In this document: positions 1 through 9,035 of the stretch, piece by piece
How positions within the stretch are numbered: the stretch's first letter is position 1
How the letters are laid out: each line of letters begins with the position of its first letter
From: an uncultured Acidobacteriota bacterium
Lineage (GTDB): Bacteria; Acidobacteriota; Thermoanaerobaculia; UBA5066
Assembly: GCA_963779415.1 (NCBI GenBank)
Contig: CAVZYA010000002.1
Span: forward strand, 1,376,001-1,440,000
DNA: 64,000 nucleotides
Reading direction: 5' to 3'
Translations under genes and position numbers: made by a program
Notes under the pieces: generated by a model
The model's input: only the letters and a program-made list of their open reading frames with translations
The model's database searches: none
Told to the model about the DNA's origin: nothing

Positions 1-276
1 GTCGTCGGAGCCGCGGCGGGCGCCGTCTTCGGGCGGCGGCGCCTTCTTCCCGCCGCCGTCGGCGCGGCGCTCTGGATCGGCGCCGGAATCGCACTCGACT
101 CTCTCTCTCCGCCCGGACCCCGCGAACGGCTCATCCGGGCGTACGTGGCGGACGTCTACTTCGGCCAGCGCGGAACGCTCGAGCGCGAGATCGCGGCGAC
201 CGGCGCCGCCCAGCCTCGCCTCCTCGCACGCCGCGAGATCGAGGGGACCCTCGGTCCGACGCCCTGGCCCTTCTAG
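1..276 (+). CDS. 3' end of a hypothetical membrane protein (runs off window start)
   Basis: Open frame 1 (VVGAAAGAVF...GTLGPTPWPF) ending at TAG 274-276, convergent with and overlapping the next gene's stop. Confidence 0.5.
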   Translation, partial: VVGAAAGAVFGRRRLLPAAVGAALWIGAGIALDSLSPPGPRERLIRAYVADVYFGQRGTLEREIAATGAAQPRLLARREIEGTLGPTPWPF

Positions 277-2174
277 CGCCTCCGAAGGAGGAGAAGGAGG
301 GTGAGCCCGGAGACGCCCGCGAGCGCCATCCCCGCCCGGAAGGAGTCGGGCCTGTAGTCGAGGACGACGCGGTGCTCGCCACCCGGAACCGGAAGGACCA
401 TCGGGTCGCCCGGTTCCATGGTGAGCGGCACCGCGACGCCGTCCACGGCGGCTCGCCATCCGGGGAAGTACGGGTTCGCGATGACGAGCCTCCCCGAAGC
501 CGCGGCCGAAACGCCGAGCGTCCAGCGGGACGGGAGATGTTCGGACACCACGACGCTCCCGTCGGTCCCTTCCAGCCTCACGCGCGGGAGGACACGGCGA
601 TTCCGGAGGAGCTTTCCGTCCGGCCCCGCGTAGACCTCCTCGAGGTCGAGCCCGAGCCGCTCGTTCAGCGTCGGCGCGCCGAAAGAAAACTGGGGATGAA
701 GGCAGAGATACTTCACGTTCCAGAAGTCGAGGCCGCTTCCGCCGTGTCCGAGGTCCCAGGGCGCGATGGCGTCGGAGACGGTCGGCGTCGCCCGGAAGCG
801 TCCCAGCGCGGCCCGCGTCCGCCGCCAGCCCGATGGCGACAGGGCATCGTAGCCGCGGACGTCGTCGAAACCGAGCGTCGTCGCCATGTTCGGCGGGAGA
901 AACGTGTGAAGCGGGAGGATCCGGAAGACCTCCTTGTCGGCGCGAAGGCGTTCGAGGAGCGGCGTCGTGAGAGCCAGGTCGCTCCGCGGCGTGACGTCCT
1001 GGACGCCTCGCGCCGAGAGGAGGAGCTCGAACGCCGCGAGGGAGGAGAGGGAGGCGGCGAGGACGCGCGCCGGGCGGCCTCTCCCGGCGGCGCGGGCACG
1101 CCCGGCGAGCGCGTCGAGCCCCGCGGCGGCGAGGCATCCGAGCGGGATCGGGAGAAGGAGGAGCGCGCGCGACCAGTAGATCGGCGTCGTCCGGGCAAGG
1201 AGGCGCGCGGCGGCGTTGTCGTATGCGATCAGGAGGATCAGGGCGGCGGAGGCCGCCCAGAAGAGCATTTCGCGCCGGGGCCGTCCCAGAAGGAGCCCGG
1301 CCGGAACCAGGAGGAGGACGGCGAGCGAGACGGCGGCGGCCGTCTCGACGGCGTTCGGCGACGGAGCACCCGGAAACACGAGGCGGACGAGAGCCGAGAG
1401 CGGAAGGACGAACGGGTGGCGGTCGCCGCCGGTGTGCGCGTCGCTCAGGAGGAAATACTCCGTGAACGGAAGCCAGAGAGGCGCCGCAAGGCCCGCCCCG
1501 GCGAGGGCCGCGCCGAACGTCTTCGCGGCCCGGAGCGGCGACGCCGCGAGAAAGAACGTCCACGCGCCGGCGAGGAGCGCCGCCATCAGGGCGGTCTCGG
1601 GGTGGCCGCCCGCGAGGACGACCGCCGTCGAGAGCGCGAGGAGAACGGCGTCACGAGGTGAGGCGCGCCGGGCGAGCCGTCCGGCGAAGAGGAGGACGAA
1701 CGGGAACGGCCCGGCGGTGAGCGTCTGCGGGTGGCCGAGCCAGGAGACGAACGCGCCCGAGAGCGCGTACGCCGCGGCGCCGAGGGCGGCCGCCTCGGGC
1801 GACCGGCCCCGGTCCCTGAGGAACGCCCAGGCGCCCGCAAGGGCGACGAGGAGCCGCAGCAGGAGCGAGAGGTTCCAGCCGCTGGCGACGCCGAGCGCGA
1901 GGGCCGGCCAGAACAGGGGCGAGCCGAGGGCCGACACGCCGTTTCCGAGCAGGGGAACGCCGCCGTCCTGGTGCGGGTTCCAGAGGGGAAGGCGACCGGC
2001 GCGAAGCTCCGACCCGGCGAACTCCGCCCAGGGAGCGAACTGCCAGACGGGATCGGAGAGGCCCGGCGCGCCGAGCGTGCGAGCGGGATAGTAAGGCGCC
2101 CACGGCCAGATCCGGCTTCGAATGCCCTCGGAGAGGAGGACGCCGCGGTACATGCCGAGGGCGAACCAGAGCAC
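273..2174 (-). CDS. YfhO-family multi-TM membrane protein (GT-C-like glycosyltransferase)
   Basis: PLWNPHQDGGVPLLGN, GGHPE, DVRGYD and C-terminal YFPGWRAAVDG...GEHRVVLDYRP motifs typical of YfhO; start uncertain. Confidence 0.8.
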   Translation of the reverse strand: MLWFALGMYRGVLLSEGIRSRIWPWAPYYPARTLGAPGLSDPVWQFAPWAEFAGSELRAGRLPLWNPHQDGGVPLLGNGVSALGSPLFWPALALGVASGWNLSLLLRLLVALAGAWAFLRDRGRSPEAAALGAAAYALSGAFVSWLGHPQTLTAGPFPFVLLFAGRLARRASPRDAVLLALSTAVVLAGGHPETALMAALLAGAWTFFLAASPLRAAKTFGAALAGAGLAAPLWLPFTEYFLLSDAHTGGDRHPFVLPLSALVRLVFPGAPSPNAVETAAAVSLAVLLLVPAGLLLGRPRREMLFWAASAALILLIAYDNAAARLLARTTPIYWSRALLLLPIPLGCLAAAGLDALAGRARAAGRGRPARVLAASLSSLAAFELLLSARGVQDVTPRSDLALTTPLLERLRADKEVFRILPLHTFLPPNMATTLGFDDVRGYDALSPSGWRRTRAALGRFRATPTVSDAIAPWDLGHGGSGLDFWNVKYLCLHPQFSFGAPTLNERLGLDLEEVYAGPDGKLLRNRRVLPRVRLEGTDGSVVVSEHLPSRWTLGVSAAASGRLVIANPYFPGWRAAVDGVAVPLTMEPGDPMVLPVPGGEHRVVLDYRPDSFRAGMALAGVSGLTLLLLLRRR

Positions 2175-2306
2175 GCCGCCGGCGGCGAGGAGCGCGAGAA
2201 AGGCGGGAAGCGCGCGCCGTACGCTCGCGCCGACATCCGGGGGGTCGGGGGCTCGAGAGGAGCGGATTCGATGAGTCTACCGAAGCGCCGGGGAGCGGCC
2301 GCGCGA

Positions 2307-2335
2307 TTGACGCGGCCCCGGCCCCCGTATATGGT
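2307..2335 (+). promoter_or_regulatory. sigma70-like promoter for the pyr operon
   Basis: TTGACG (2307-2312), 17-nt spacer, TATGGT (2330-2335), 12 nt upstream of the ATG at 2348. Confidence 0.6.
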
Positions 2336-2347
2336 GCCGCGCCAGTC

Positions 2348-2995
2348 ATGGGAGACACCCCGGGAACGTACCGGAAAGTCCGACTGATGGACGCGCCGGC
2401 CATGAAGCGCGCCACGATCCGGATGGTGCAGGAGATCGTCGAGTCGCAGGGCGGGACCGAGGGCTTCGTCCTCATCGGCATCCGGACCCGCGGCGTCCCG
2501 CTCGCGCGCCGCCTCGCGGAAGAGCTCGAGCGCCTCGAGAACGCGCGGGTCCCGGTCGGCGTCCTCGACATCACGCTCTACCGCGACGACCTGACGACGA
2601 TCGCCGCCTCGCCCGTCCTCAGGCGGACGGAGATCTCCTTCCCGGTCGAGGGGAAGACCGTTGTCCTCTGCGACGACGTTCTCTACACGGGCCGGACGGT
2701 CCGGGCGGCGATCGACGCCGTCCTCGACTTCGGGCGTCCCCGGAAGATCCTCCTCGCGGTCCTCGTCGACCGCGGCCGCCGCGAGTTCCCGATCGAGGCG
2801 CAGTTCGTGGGCCGGCGCGTCGCGACCTCCGCCTCCGAGATCGTGAACGTGACGTACCGCGAGACGGACGGCGAGGACGACGTCTGGCTCCTCGACCGCG
2901 AGGCCTCTCTCCGCCCCGCGAACGGCCCCCGCAAGCCGCGCGCCGTCCGTCCCTCCCGGCGAGCGGGAACGAAGAAGGGGAAGCGCCGGCCGTGA
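2348..2995 (+). CDS. pyrR: PyrR bifunctional pyr regulator / uracil phosphoribosyltransferase
   Basis: [37 protein letters not shown] motifs; heads pyrBC. Confidence 0.95.
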   Translation: MGDTPGTYRKVRLMDAPAMKRATIRMVQEIVESQGGTEGFVLIGIRTRGVPLARRLAEELERLENARVPVGVLDITLYRDDLTTIAASPVLRRTEISFPVEGKTVVLCDDVLYTGRTVRAAIDAVLDFGRPRKILLAVLVDRGRREFPIEAQFVGRRVATSASEIVNVTYRETDGEDDVWLLDREASLRPANGPRKPRAVRPSRRAGTKKGKRRP

Positions 2996-3969
2996 GCCGT
3001 CGCCCCGACCCGTCCCCGAGCGCTCCGGCCGACCGTTCCCACGTCTTCTCGAGGAAGGACCTCGTCGACATCGAGTCGATCTCCGAGGACGACATCCGCC
3101 TCGTCCTCGACACGGCCGAGTCGATGCGCGAGATCAACCAACGCGCGATCAAGAAGGTCCCGACGCTTCGCGGAAAGCTCGTCGCGAACCTCTTCTTCGA
3201 GTCGTCGACGCGGACCCGCTTCTCGTTCGAGATCGCCGAGAGGCGCCTCTCGGCCGACTCGATCGCGTTTTCGGCGGCGGGCTCGTCCGTCTCGAAAGGG
3301 GAGACCCTCCTCGACACGGCGAGAAACCTGATGGCGATGGCCCCCGACGCCATCGTCCTGCGCCACTCACGCTCCGGGGCGCCGCACCGGCTCGCGCAGG
3401 AGCTGTCCTGCGCGGTCGTGAACGCCGGGGACGGGACCCACGAGCACCCGACGCAGGCGCTCCTCGACGCCCTGACGATCCGCCGGGCGAAAGGGCGGCT
3501 CGCGGGGCTCAAGGTCGCGATCTGCGGCGACGTCGCGAACAGCCGCGTCGCGCGCTCAAACGTCGGCCTCCTTTCGAAAATGGGGGCGGCCGTGACGCTC
3601 TGCGGGCCCCGCACCCTACTGCCGCCGGAGATCGAGCGGACCGGGGCCTCCGTCACGACGCGGATCGAGGAAGCGCTCGACGGGGCCGACGTCGTCATGA
3701 TCCTCCGCGTCCAAAAGGAGCGAGGGGGCGGCTCCGGGTTCCCTTCCGACCGCGAGTATTACGATCTCTTCGGGCTGACGCCGGACCGGCGCCAGCTCGC
3801 CAGGAAAGATGCCATCGTGATGCACCCGGGACCGATGAACCGAGGCGTCGAGATCGACTCCGCGGTGGCGGACGGGCCCGACTCGGTCATCCTGGAGCAG
3901 GTGGAGAACGGCGTGGCGGTGAGAATGGCCGTGCTCTACCTTCTGATCGGAGCGAGCGGCGATGAGTGA
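2992..3969 (+). CDS. pyrB: Aspartate carbamoyltransferase catalytic subunit
   Basis: [30 protein letters not shown]; GTGA overlap with pyrR. Confidence 0.97.
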   Translation: MSRRPDPSPSAPADRSHVFSRKDLVDIESISEDDIRLVLDTAESMREINQRAIKKVPTLRGKLVANLFFESSTRTRFSFEIAERRLSADSIAFSAAGSSVSKGETLLDTARNLMAMAPDAIVLRHSRSGAPHRLAQELSCAVVNAGDGTHEHPTQALLDALTIRRAKGRLAGLKVAICGDVANSRVARSNVGLLSKMGAAVTLCGPRTLLPPEIERTGASVTTRIEEALDGADVVMILRVQKERGGGSGFPSDREYYDLFGLTPDRRQLARKDAIVMHPGPMNRGVEIDSAVADGPDSVILEQVENGVAVRMAVLYLLIGASGDE

Positions 3970-5275
3970 GACGCCCGTCCTGATCCGCGGCGGACGGGTC
4001 GTCGACCCCTCGCGCCGGCTCGACCAGACGCTCGACGTCCTGCTCCGGGACGGCGTGGTCGCGTCCGTCGCCGAGAAGATCTCTCCTCCCAAGGGGGCCG
4101 AGATCGTCGACGCCGCCGGGCTCGTCGTGGCGCCGGGATTCGTCGACCTCCACGTCCATCTCCGCGAGCCGGGCTTCGAGTACAAGGAGACGATCGCGAC
4201 AGGGACGGCGGCCGCGGCCGCGGGCGGCTTCACGGCCGTCTGCGCGATGGCGAACACGGATCCGGTGACGGACGACGCGCCGACCGTGGCGTTCGTCGTC
4301 CGGCGCGCGCGGGAGACGGGGCGCGTCCGCGTCCACCCGATCGGCGCGATCTCGAAGGGGCTGAAGGGCGAAGAGCTGGCCGAGATCGGGTCGATGAAGG
4401 CGGAAGGGATCGTCGCCGTCTCGGACGACGGCAAGGGGGTCCAGAACGCCGGGCTGATGCGCCGGGCGATGGAGTACGCGTCGATGTTCGAGCTCCCGGT
4501 CGTCATCCACGCGGAGGACTCGGGACTCGCCATGGGCGGCGTCGTGAACGAGGGGTGGGTCTCGACGCGCCTCGGCCTCGCCGGACAGCCGGCGGCCGCC
4601 GAGTCCGTGATGGTGGCGAGAGACGTCCAGATCGCGGCGCTCGCGTCGGCGCGGCTCCATGTGGCCCACGTCTCGACGCGGGCCAGCCTCGAGGCGATCC
4701 GGGGGGCGCGCCGGCACGGAACGGACGTCACCTGCGAGGCGACGCCGCACCACCTGACGCTCACGGACGAGGATGTCGCACGGTCCGGCTACGACACCCG
4801 CTTCAAGGTGAACCCGCCGCTTCGCGGCGAGGCCGACCGGCTCGCGCTCGTCGCCGCGCTCGCGGACGGAACGATCGACTGCGTCGCGACGGACCACGCG
4901 CCGCATCATTCCGACGAGAAGGCGCTGGAGTTCGCGGACGCGCCGTTCGGCCTCATCGGCCTCGAGACGGCGCTCCCGGTCCTCGTGGAGTCGCTCCTCC
5001 TGCCGAAGCATCTCTCCCTGATGCGCCTCGTGGAGGTCCTCTCGACGGCGCCGGCCCGCCTCTTCGGACTCCCGTACGGGACGCTCGCCGAAGGGGTCCC
5101 CGGCGACGTCGTTCTCTTCTCCACGACGCGCTCCACGCACGTGACGCCCGACGGGTTTCACTCGAAGGCCCGGAACTCGCCCTGGGTGGCCCGCACCCTG
5201 AGGGGTCGGGTGGAGCGGACCTGGCTGGCGGGGCGGGAAGTCTTCTCGCGGGGGCCCGGGGGGGCGAAGCCGTGA
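3962..5275 (+). CDS. pyrC: Dihydroorotase
   Basis: [36 protein letters not shown]. Confidence 0.97.
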   Translation: MSETPVLIRGGRVVDPSRRLDQTLDVLLRDGVVASVAEKISPPKGAEIVDAAGLVVAPGFVDLHVHLREPGFEYKETIATGTAAAAAGGFTAVCAMANTDPVTDDAPTVAFVVRRARETGRVRVHPIGAISKGLKGEELAEIGSMKAEGIVAVSDDGKGVQNAGLMRRAMEYASMFELPVVIHAEDSGLAMGGVVNEGWVSTRLGLAGQPAAAESVMVARDVQIAALASARLHVAHVSTRASLEAIRGARRHGTDVTCEATPHHLTLTDEDVARSGYDTRFKVNPPLRGEADRLALVAALADGTIDCVATDHAPHHSDEKALEFADAPFGLIGLETALPVLVESLLLPKHLSLMRLVEVLSTAPARLFGLPYGTLAEGVPGDVVLFSTTRSTHVTPDGFHSKARNSPWVARTLRGRVERTWLAGREVFSRGPGGAKP

Positions 5276-5709
5276 AGGAAACGAGGTCGAGGCGTCCCGC
5301 CTCCGGCGTGGCTCTCGCGACGGCGCCGCGCGCCAAGAGGATCGTCCTCGTGGACGAGTCGCCGCTCTATGCCGCGGCGTGGCGCGCGCTGCTCGAGTCG
5401 CGTTACGGCGGCCGGGTGGCGTTCGAGGCGTTCCGGAATCCGCTCGAGGCGCTGCCGACGCTCGGACCGGACGTGAGCCTCCTGATGGTCGACCTCGACC
5501 TGCCGCTCTTCGGCGGCCGGAAAGTCTTCGAGCTGGCGAAGGAACGGGGCGTCCCGATGCGGCGCATCGTGATCCTCTCCGAGCGTCCGGCGGAGGACCT
5601 CCACGCGCTCTTCCCGCAGGACGCCTGCCTCGCGGTCGTGAACAAGATCGAGCCGCAGCAGCAGAGCGCTTTCCTGATGATCCTCGACTCGATCGTTCTC
5701 CGGCATTAG
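5272..5709 (+). CDS. Single-domain response-regulator receiver (CheY-like) protein
   Basis: IVLVDES, MVDLDLP (phospho-Asp position), IVILS, VNK; GTG start overlaps pyrC stop (GTGA). Confidence 0.7.
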   Translation: MKETRSRRPASGVALATAPRAKRIVLVDESPLYAAAWRALLESRYGGRVAFEAFRNPLEALPTLGPDVSLLMVDLDLPLFGGRKVFELAKERGVPMRRIVILSERPAEDLHALFPQDACLAVVNKIEPQQQSAFLMILDSIVLRH

Positions 5710-7073
5710 TCCCCGGCGGGTTCGCTCCCCTCCAGCATCCGCTCGCGGAGGAGATCGTAGATCGGCCGGCCGCCGAGAAGCGACGCCGTGAGGAAGGCGG
5801 CGGCCGAGGCCGCGAGCATCGGAATGAGAAGCGTCGTCGTCGCGGTCATCTCGGCGATCAGGACAATGCCGGTGAGCGGCGCCTGCACGACGGCGGCGAA
5901 GAAGGCCGTCATGCCGACAACGGCCAGCGCCGCGGGAGTCGGTGCGAAAGTCCCGAAAGCCGGGCCGAGTGTGGCGCCCACGAGCGACCCGAGAGCTGCG
6001 CCGACGAGAAGGAGCGGTGCGAAGAGGCCGCCGGGCGTCCCGGCCGAATAGGAGACCGGCCCCAGCGCGAAGCGGACCGCGAAGACGAGCGCGAGCGAAA
6101 GGGTCGGAACGCCGCCGGCGAGGATCCGCTGGTTCAGGAAGTGGCCGTCGCCGACCATCCCGGGTCCGAACCAGGCGAAGAGCCCGACGGCCGCTCCAAC
6201 GAGGGCCGCCCGGAGCTCGACCGGCCAGCGAACGCGTCCGGCATTCCACTCGAGCCCGACCACGACGGCCCGGTTGTAGACCACGGCCAGAGCCCCGAGA
6301 ACCCCGCCGAGGAGAAGGTATGCGGCCAGCTCCCGGGGCGCCGGCTCCGTGAGCGGGGCCACTTTGAAGTCGAGGACGTCCCCGAGAATCGGGCGCGAGA
6401 CGGCGAGCGCGGCCGCGGAGGCGAGCAGCGTGGCGAGCGTGAGCCGCAGGCGGAAGGACCGGACCAGCTCCTCGAAGACGAAGATCGCCCCGCCCAGCGG
6501 CGCGTTGAACGCGACGCCGAGCCCCGCGCCCGCCGCGGCGGCCATCACGACCTTGGCATCTTCCGCCCCCGTCCGAAACCGGCGCGCGACCGCGGTCCCG
6601 ATCGTCGCACCCATCTGGACCGTCGGACCTTCGCGCCCGAGCGCCAGTCCCGATCCGATCGCGACCAGGCCCCCGACGAACTTCACGGGGAGGACGAGAA
6701 GCCCCGCATGGGCGGACTCGCCGCGCATCACCGCTTCGACGTGCTGGATGCCGCTGCCGGCGGCGAGGGGAGCGAGCCGCACGAGGGATCGCGCGACGTC
6801 CACGCCGATTGCCGCCGCGACGAGGGGGATTGCCAGGCCGGCAGGGCCGAAACCGTGCGCCCATTCGATCAGGCCGTCGCGCATCCGCTCTGCCGCTACG
6901 AGTGACAGCCGGAACCAGGACCCGACGAGCCCCATGAGGAGTCCCGCCCCGAGGGCTGCGGCGCAGAGGCGGCCGACGCCCGCCAGGGCCAATCCGTCGG
7001 CGTCGGGTGGCGGAGTGCCGGGTCGTTTCGTCACGGTTTCCAGCCTTCGCCCGGCGCGCCCGCCGGATCCCAT
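5706..7073 (-). CDS. clcA: ClC-family H+/Cl- exchange transporter
   Basis: GSGIQ, LGREGPTVQMG, AFNAPLGG, PGGLFAP, PIYD motifs; start uncertain. Confidence 0.9.
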   Translation of the reverse strand: MGSGGRAGRRLETVTKRPGTPPPDADGLALAGVGRLCAAALGAGLLMGLVGSWFRLSLVAAERMRDGLIEWAHGFGPAGLAIPLVAAAIGVDVARSLVRLAPLAAGSGIQHVEAVMRGESAHAGLLVLPVKFVGGLVAIGSGLALGREGPTVQMGATIGTAVARRFRTGAEDAKVVMAAAAGAGLGVAFNAPLGGAIFVFEELVRSFRLRLTLATLLASAAALAVSRPILGDVLDFKVAPLTEPAPRELAAYLLLGGVLGALAVVYNRAVVVGLEWNAGRVRWPVELRAALVGAAVGLFAWFGPGMVGDGHFLNQRILAGGVPTLSLALVFAVRFALGPVSYSAGTPGGLFAPLLLVGAALGSLVGATLGPAFGTFAPTPAALAVVGMTAFFAAVVQAPLTGIVLIAEMTATTTLLIPMLAASAAAFLTASLLGGRPIYDLLRERMLEGSEPAGD

Positions 7074-7145
7074 GTCACGATGAATTCGCATCATACGTTT
7101 CTGGAGGATCGACGCCGCCGATGGAGTCCATGTAGATTACGGCGC

Positions 7146-7976
7146 GTGAAGGAGCTCTGGTCGCAGCGGGACGACGTGGCGCTCGCGGTGTTCGTGGCCG
7201 CCGTCGCCGCGGAGGACCTTCTCGGCGCGCTTCAGGCGATCGACGGCTCCTCCCCGACGGACCGGGCCGCGGACGAGACCGATCTCGACCGGTGGGCCGG
7301 GCGCGTCGCCGGCCGGGTCGGGGAGTCCGCGTCCGCGTTCATGCAAGCCCGCGCTCTCGCGGAGGTTCTCGGGGTCGAGGAAGGCTTCGCGGGAGACGAG
7401 GACGACTATTACCACCCGGACAACGGGCTCTTTCACACGGTCCTCGTCCGGAAGCGCGGCATGCCGATCCTCCTTTCCGCCGTCTGGATGGAAGTCGGAC
7501 GTCGAGCCGGCCTCTCCATGGAGGGAGTCGGGATGCCGGGGCATTTCATCGTCCGCGTCGGATCGAGTCCGGGAGTCCTCGTCGATCCGTTCGCGGGCGG
7601 GAGCCGGATCACGGTGGACGAGTGCCGCCGGAAGCTGGAGTCGATGTCGGGCGGAAAGCTCCCGTGGCGCTCGGATTTCATCCGGGGAGTCGGCGTGGCC
7701 GGAATCGTCGAGCGCGTCCTCCACAATCTCGCCGGCGCCTACGGGCGAAGGCACGACGAAGGGGGCCGCTTCCGCGCCCTGACCTTCCTCACCTCCCTCC
7801 GGCCGGACGAGCCGGACAACCTCTTCGCGCGCGCCGAGATCGCCGAGACCCTCGGCGTGCGCGACCTTGCCGAGAAGGTCTGGGCCGAGATCGTGGAGCG
7901 CTTTCCCGAATCCCAGCAGGCGCAGGTGGCGTCGGAGAAGCTGGAGGGGGGCGGGGACTCTCCCGTCGTCAACTGA
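7146..7976 (+). CDS. SirB1 / transglutaminase-like (Transglut_core2) protein with TPR tail
   Basis: GFAGDEDDYYHPDN, RKRGMPILLS, GVGMPGHFIV, DPFAGG. Confidence 0.85.
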   Translation: MKELWSQRDDVALAVFVAAVAAEDLLGALQAIDGSSPTDRAADETDLDRWAGRVAGRVGESASAFMQARALAEVLGVEEGFAGDEDDYYHPDNGLFHTVLVRKRGMPILLSAVWMEVGRRAGLSMEGVGMPGHFIVRVGSSPGVLVDPFAGGSRITVDECRRKLESMSGGKLPWRSDFIRGVGVAGIVERVLHNLAGAYGRRHDEGGRFRALTFLTSLRPDEPDNLFARAEIAETLGVRDLAEKVWAEIVERFPESQQAQVASEKLEGGGDSPVVN

Positions 7977-8077
7977 GGCCCCCGGCCCCGGCCGTCCGCC
8001 GTTTCTTCGTGAGACAAATTCTCGATGGTAGTATGCATAAAATTTGGTGATCGGGTACTTATGAACGGAGGCCTCCG

Positions 8078-8980
8078 ATGAGAGCGACCCGCAGCCTGTG
8101 CCTGACCTCGACCGCAGCGCTCCTCGCGTTCGCGCTTCTCCTCCCGGCCTCTCCGGCCGCGGCCCAGATGGGCGGCGGAAACAACATGAGCGGGCCCGCC
8201 GACTGGATGTCGGAGGAGATCATCGTCCCGACGGGCGTGAGGGACGACGGGAAGGGGGGCGCGTTCTTCCAGACGGACCTCTGGATCCGCTGCCAGACGG
8301 TCCCCACGGCCGTCACGCTCTACTTCAACCTCGCCGACGCCCCCTCCTCGATCTCCGCGGCGACCGTCTCCCTCGCGCTGTCCCAGCCCGTCACGTACTT
8401 CCCGGACGTGGTGTCGAACGTCTTTCTGTTTCCGAAGGCATCGGGGAACATCCGCATCGTCGCGTCCGGTCCGATCGCGGCCACGGCGCGCATCTACAAC
8501 AGCGCCGGGGGAGGGGCCTTCGGCGTCACCCTCATGGGGATGCCTTCGAGCATGTCGCTCCGGCCGATGCCGATGATGAGCGGCTCCTTCGGGATGGACG
8601 ACTTCGCGATCTACATGGTCGGCCTTCTTCCGCAGCCCGCAAGCCGCGTCAACATCGCGGTGGTGAACACGGGCGAGACGGCGGTCAGCGGCGTCGTCGA
8701 GATCCTCGACGGCGAAGACTCCGCACCGTCGGGATCGGGGCCCTCGTCGCTCGCCTTCACGATCCAGGGCTACTCGTCCCACCAGTTCAACGACGTTCTC
8801 GCGAACCTCCACGCGAAGACGGGGAACGACGCGACGCTCCAGGTCCGCGTCCGGCTGAACCAGGGCTCGGCGGGGACGGTGATGGCCTACGCCGTCGTGA
8901 ACGACAACGCGACGAACGACGGCTACGTCGTCATGGGAAACATGATGAACGGCGGCCGCGGCATGGGAGTGACGCCCTGA
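8078..8980 (+). CDS. Secreted Met-rich hypothetical protein (beta-sandwich domain)
   Basis: Signal peptide ending AAA-Q; GGAGG RBS; GAFFQTDLWI, ARIYN, AYAVVNDNATND; 17 Met in 300 aa. Confidence 0.8.
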   Translation: MRATRSLCLTSTAALLAFALLLPASPAAAQMGGGNNMSGPADWMSEEIIVPTGVRDDGKGGAFFQTDLWIRCQTVPTAVTLYFNLADAPSSISAATVSLALSQPVTYFPDVVSNVFLFPKASGNIRIVASGPIAATARIYNSAGGGAFGVTLMGMPSSMSLRPMPMMSGSFGMDDFAIYMVGLLPQPASRVNIAVVNTGETAVSGVVEILDGEDSAPSGSGPSSLAFTIQGYSSHQFNDVLANLHAKTGNDATLQVRVRLNQGSAGTVMAYAVVNDNATNDGYVVMGNMMNGGRGMGVTP

Positions 8981-9035
8981 CGGGGAGCGCCGGATCGGTG
9001 CGGAGGTAGTCCGCGGTCCCGGCACTCTCCGATCT

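Noticed and set aside
2240-2347. PyrR-binding attenuator upstream of pyrR
   Set aside because: The promoter lies about 12 nt from the ATG, leaving no room; no PyrR binding loop or U-tract terminator is seen.
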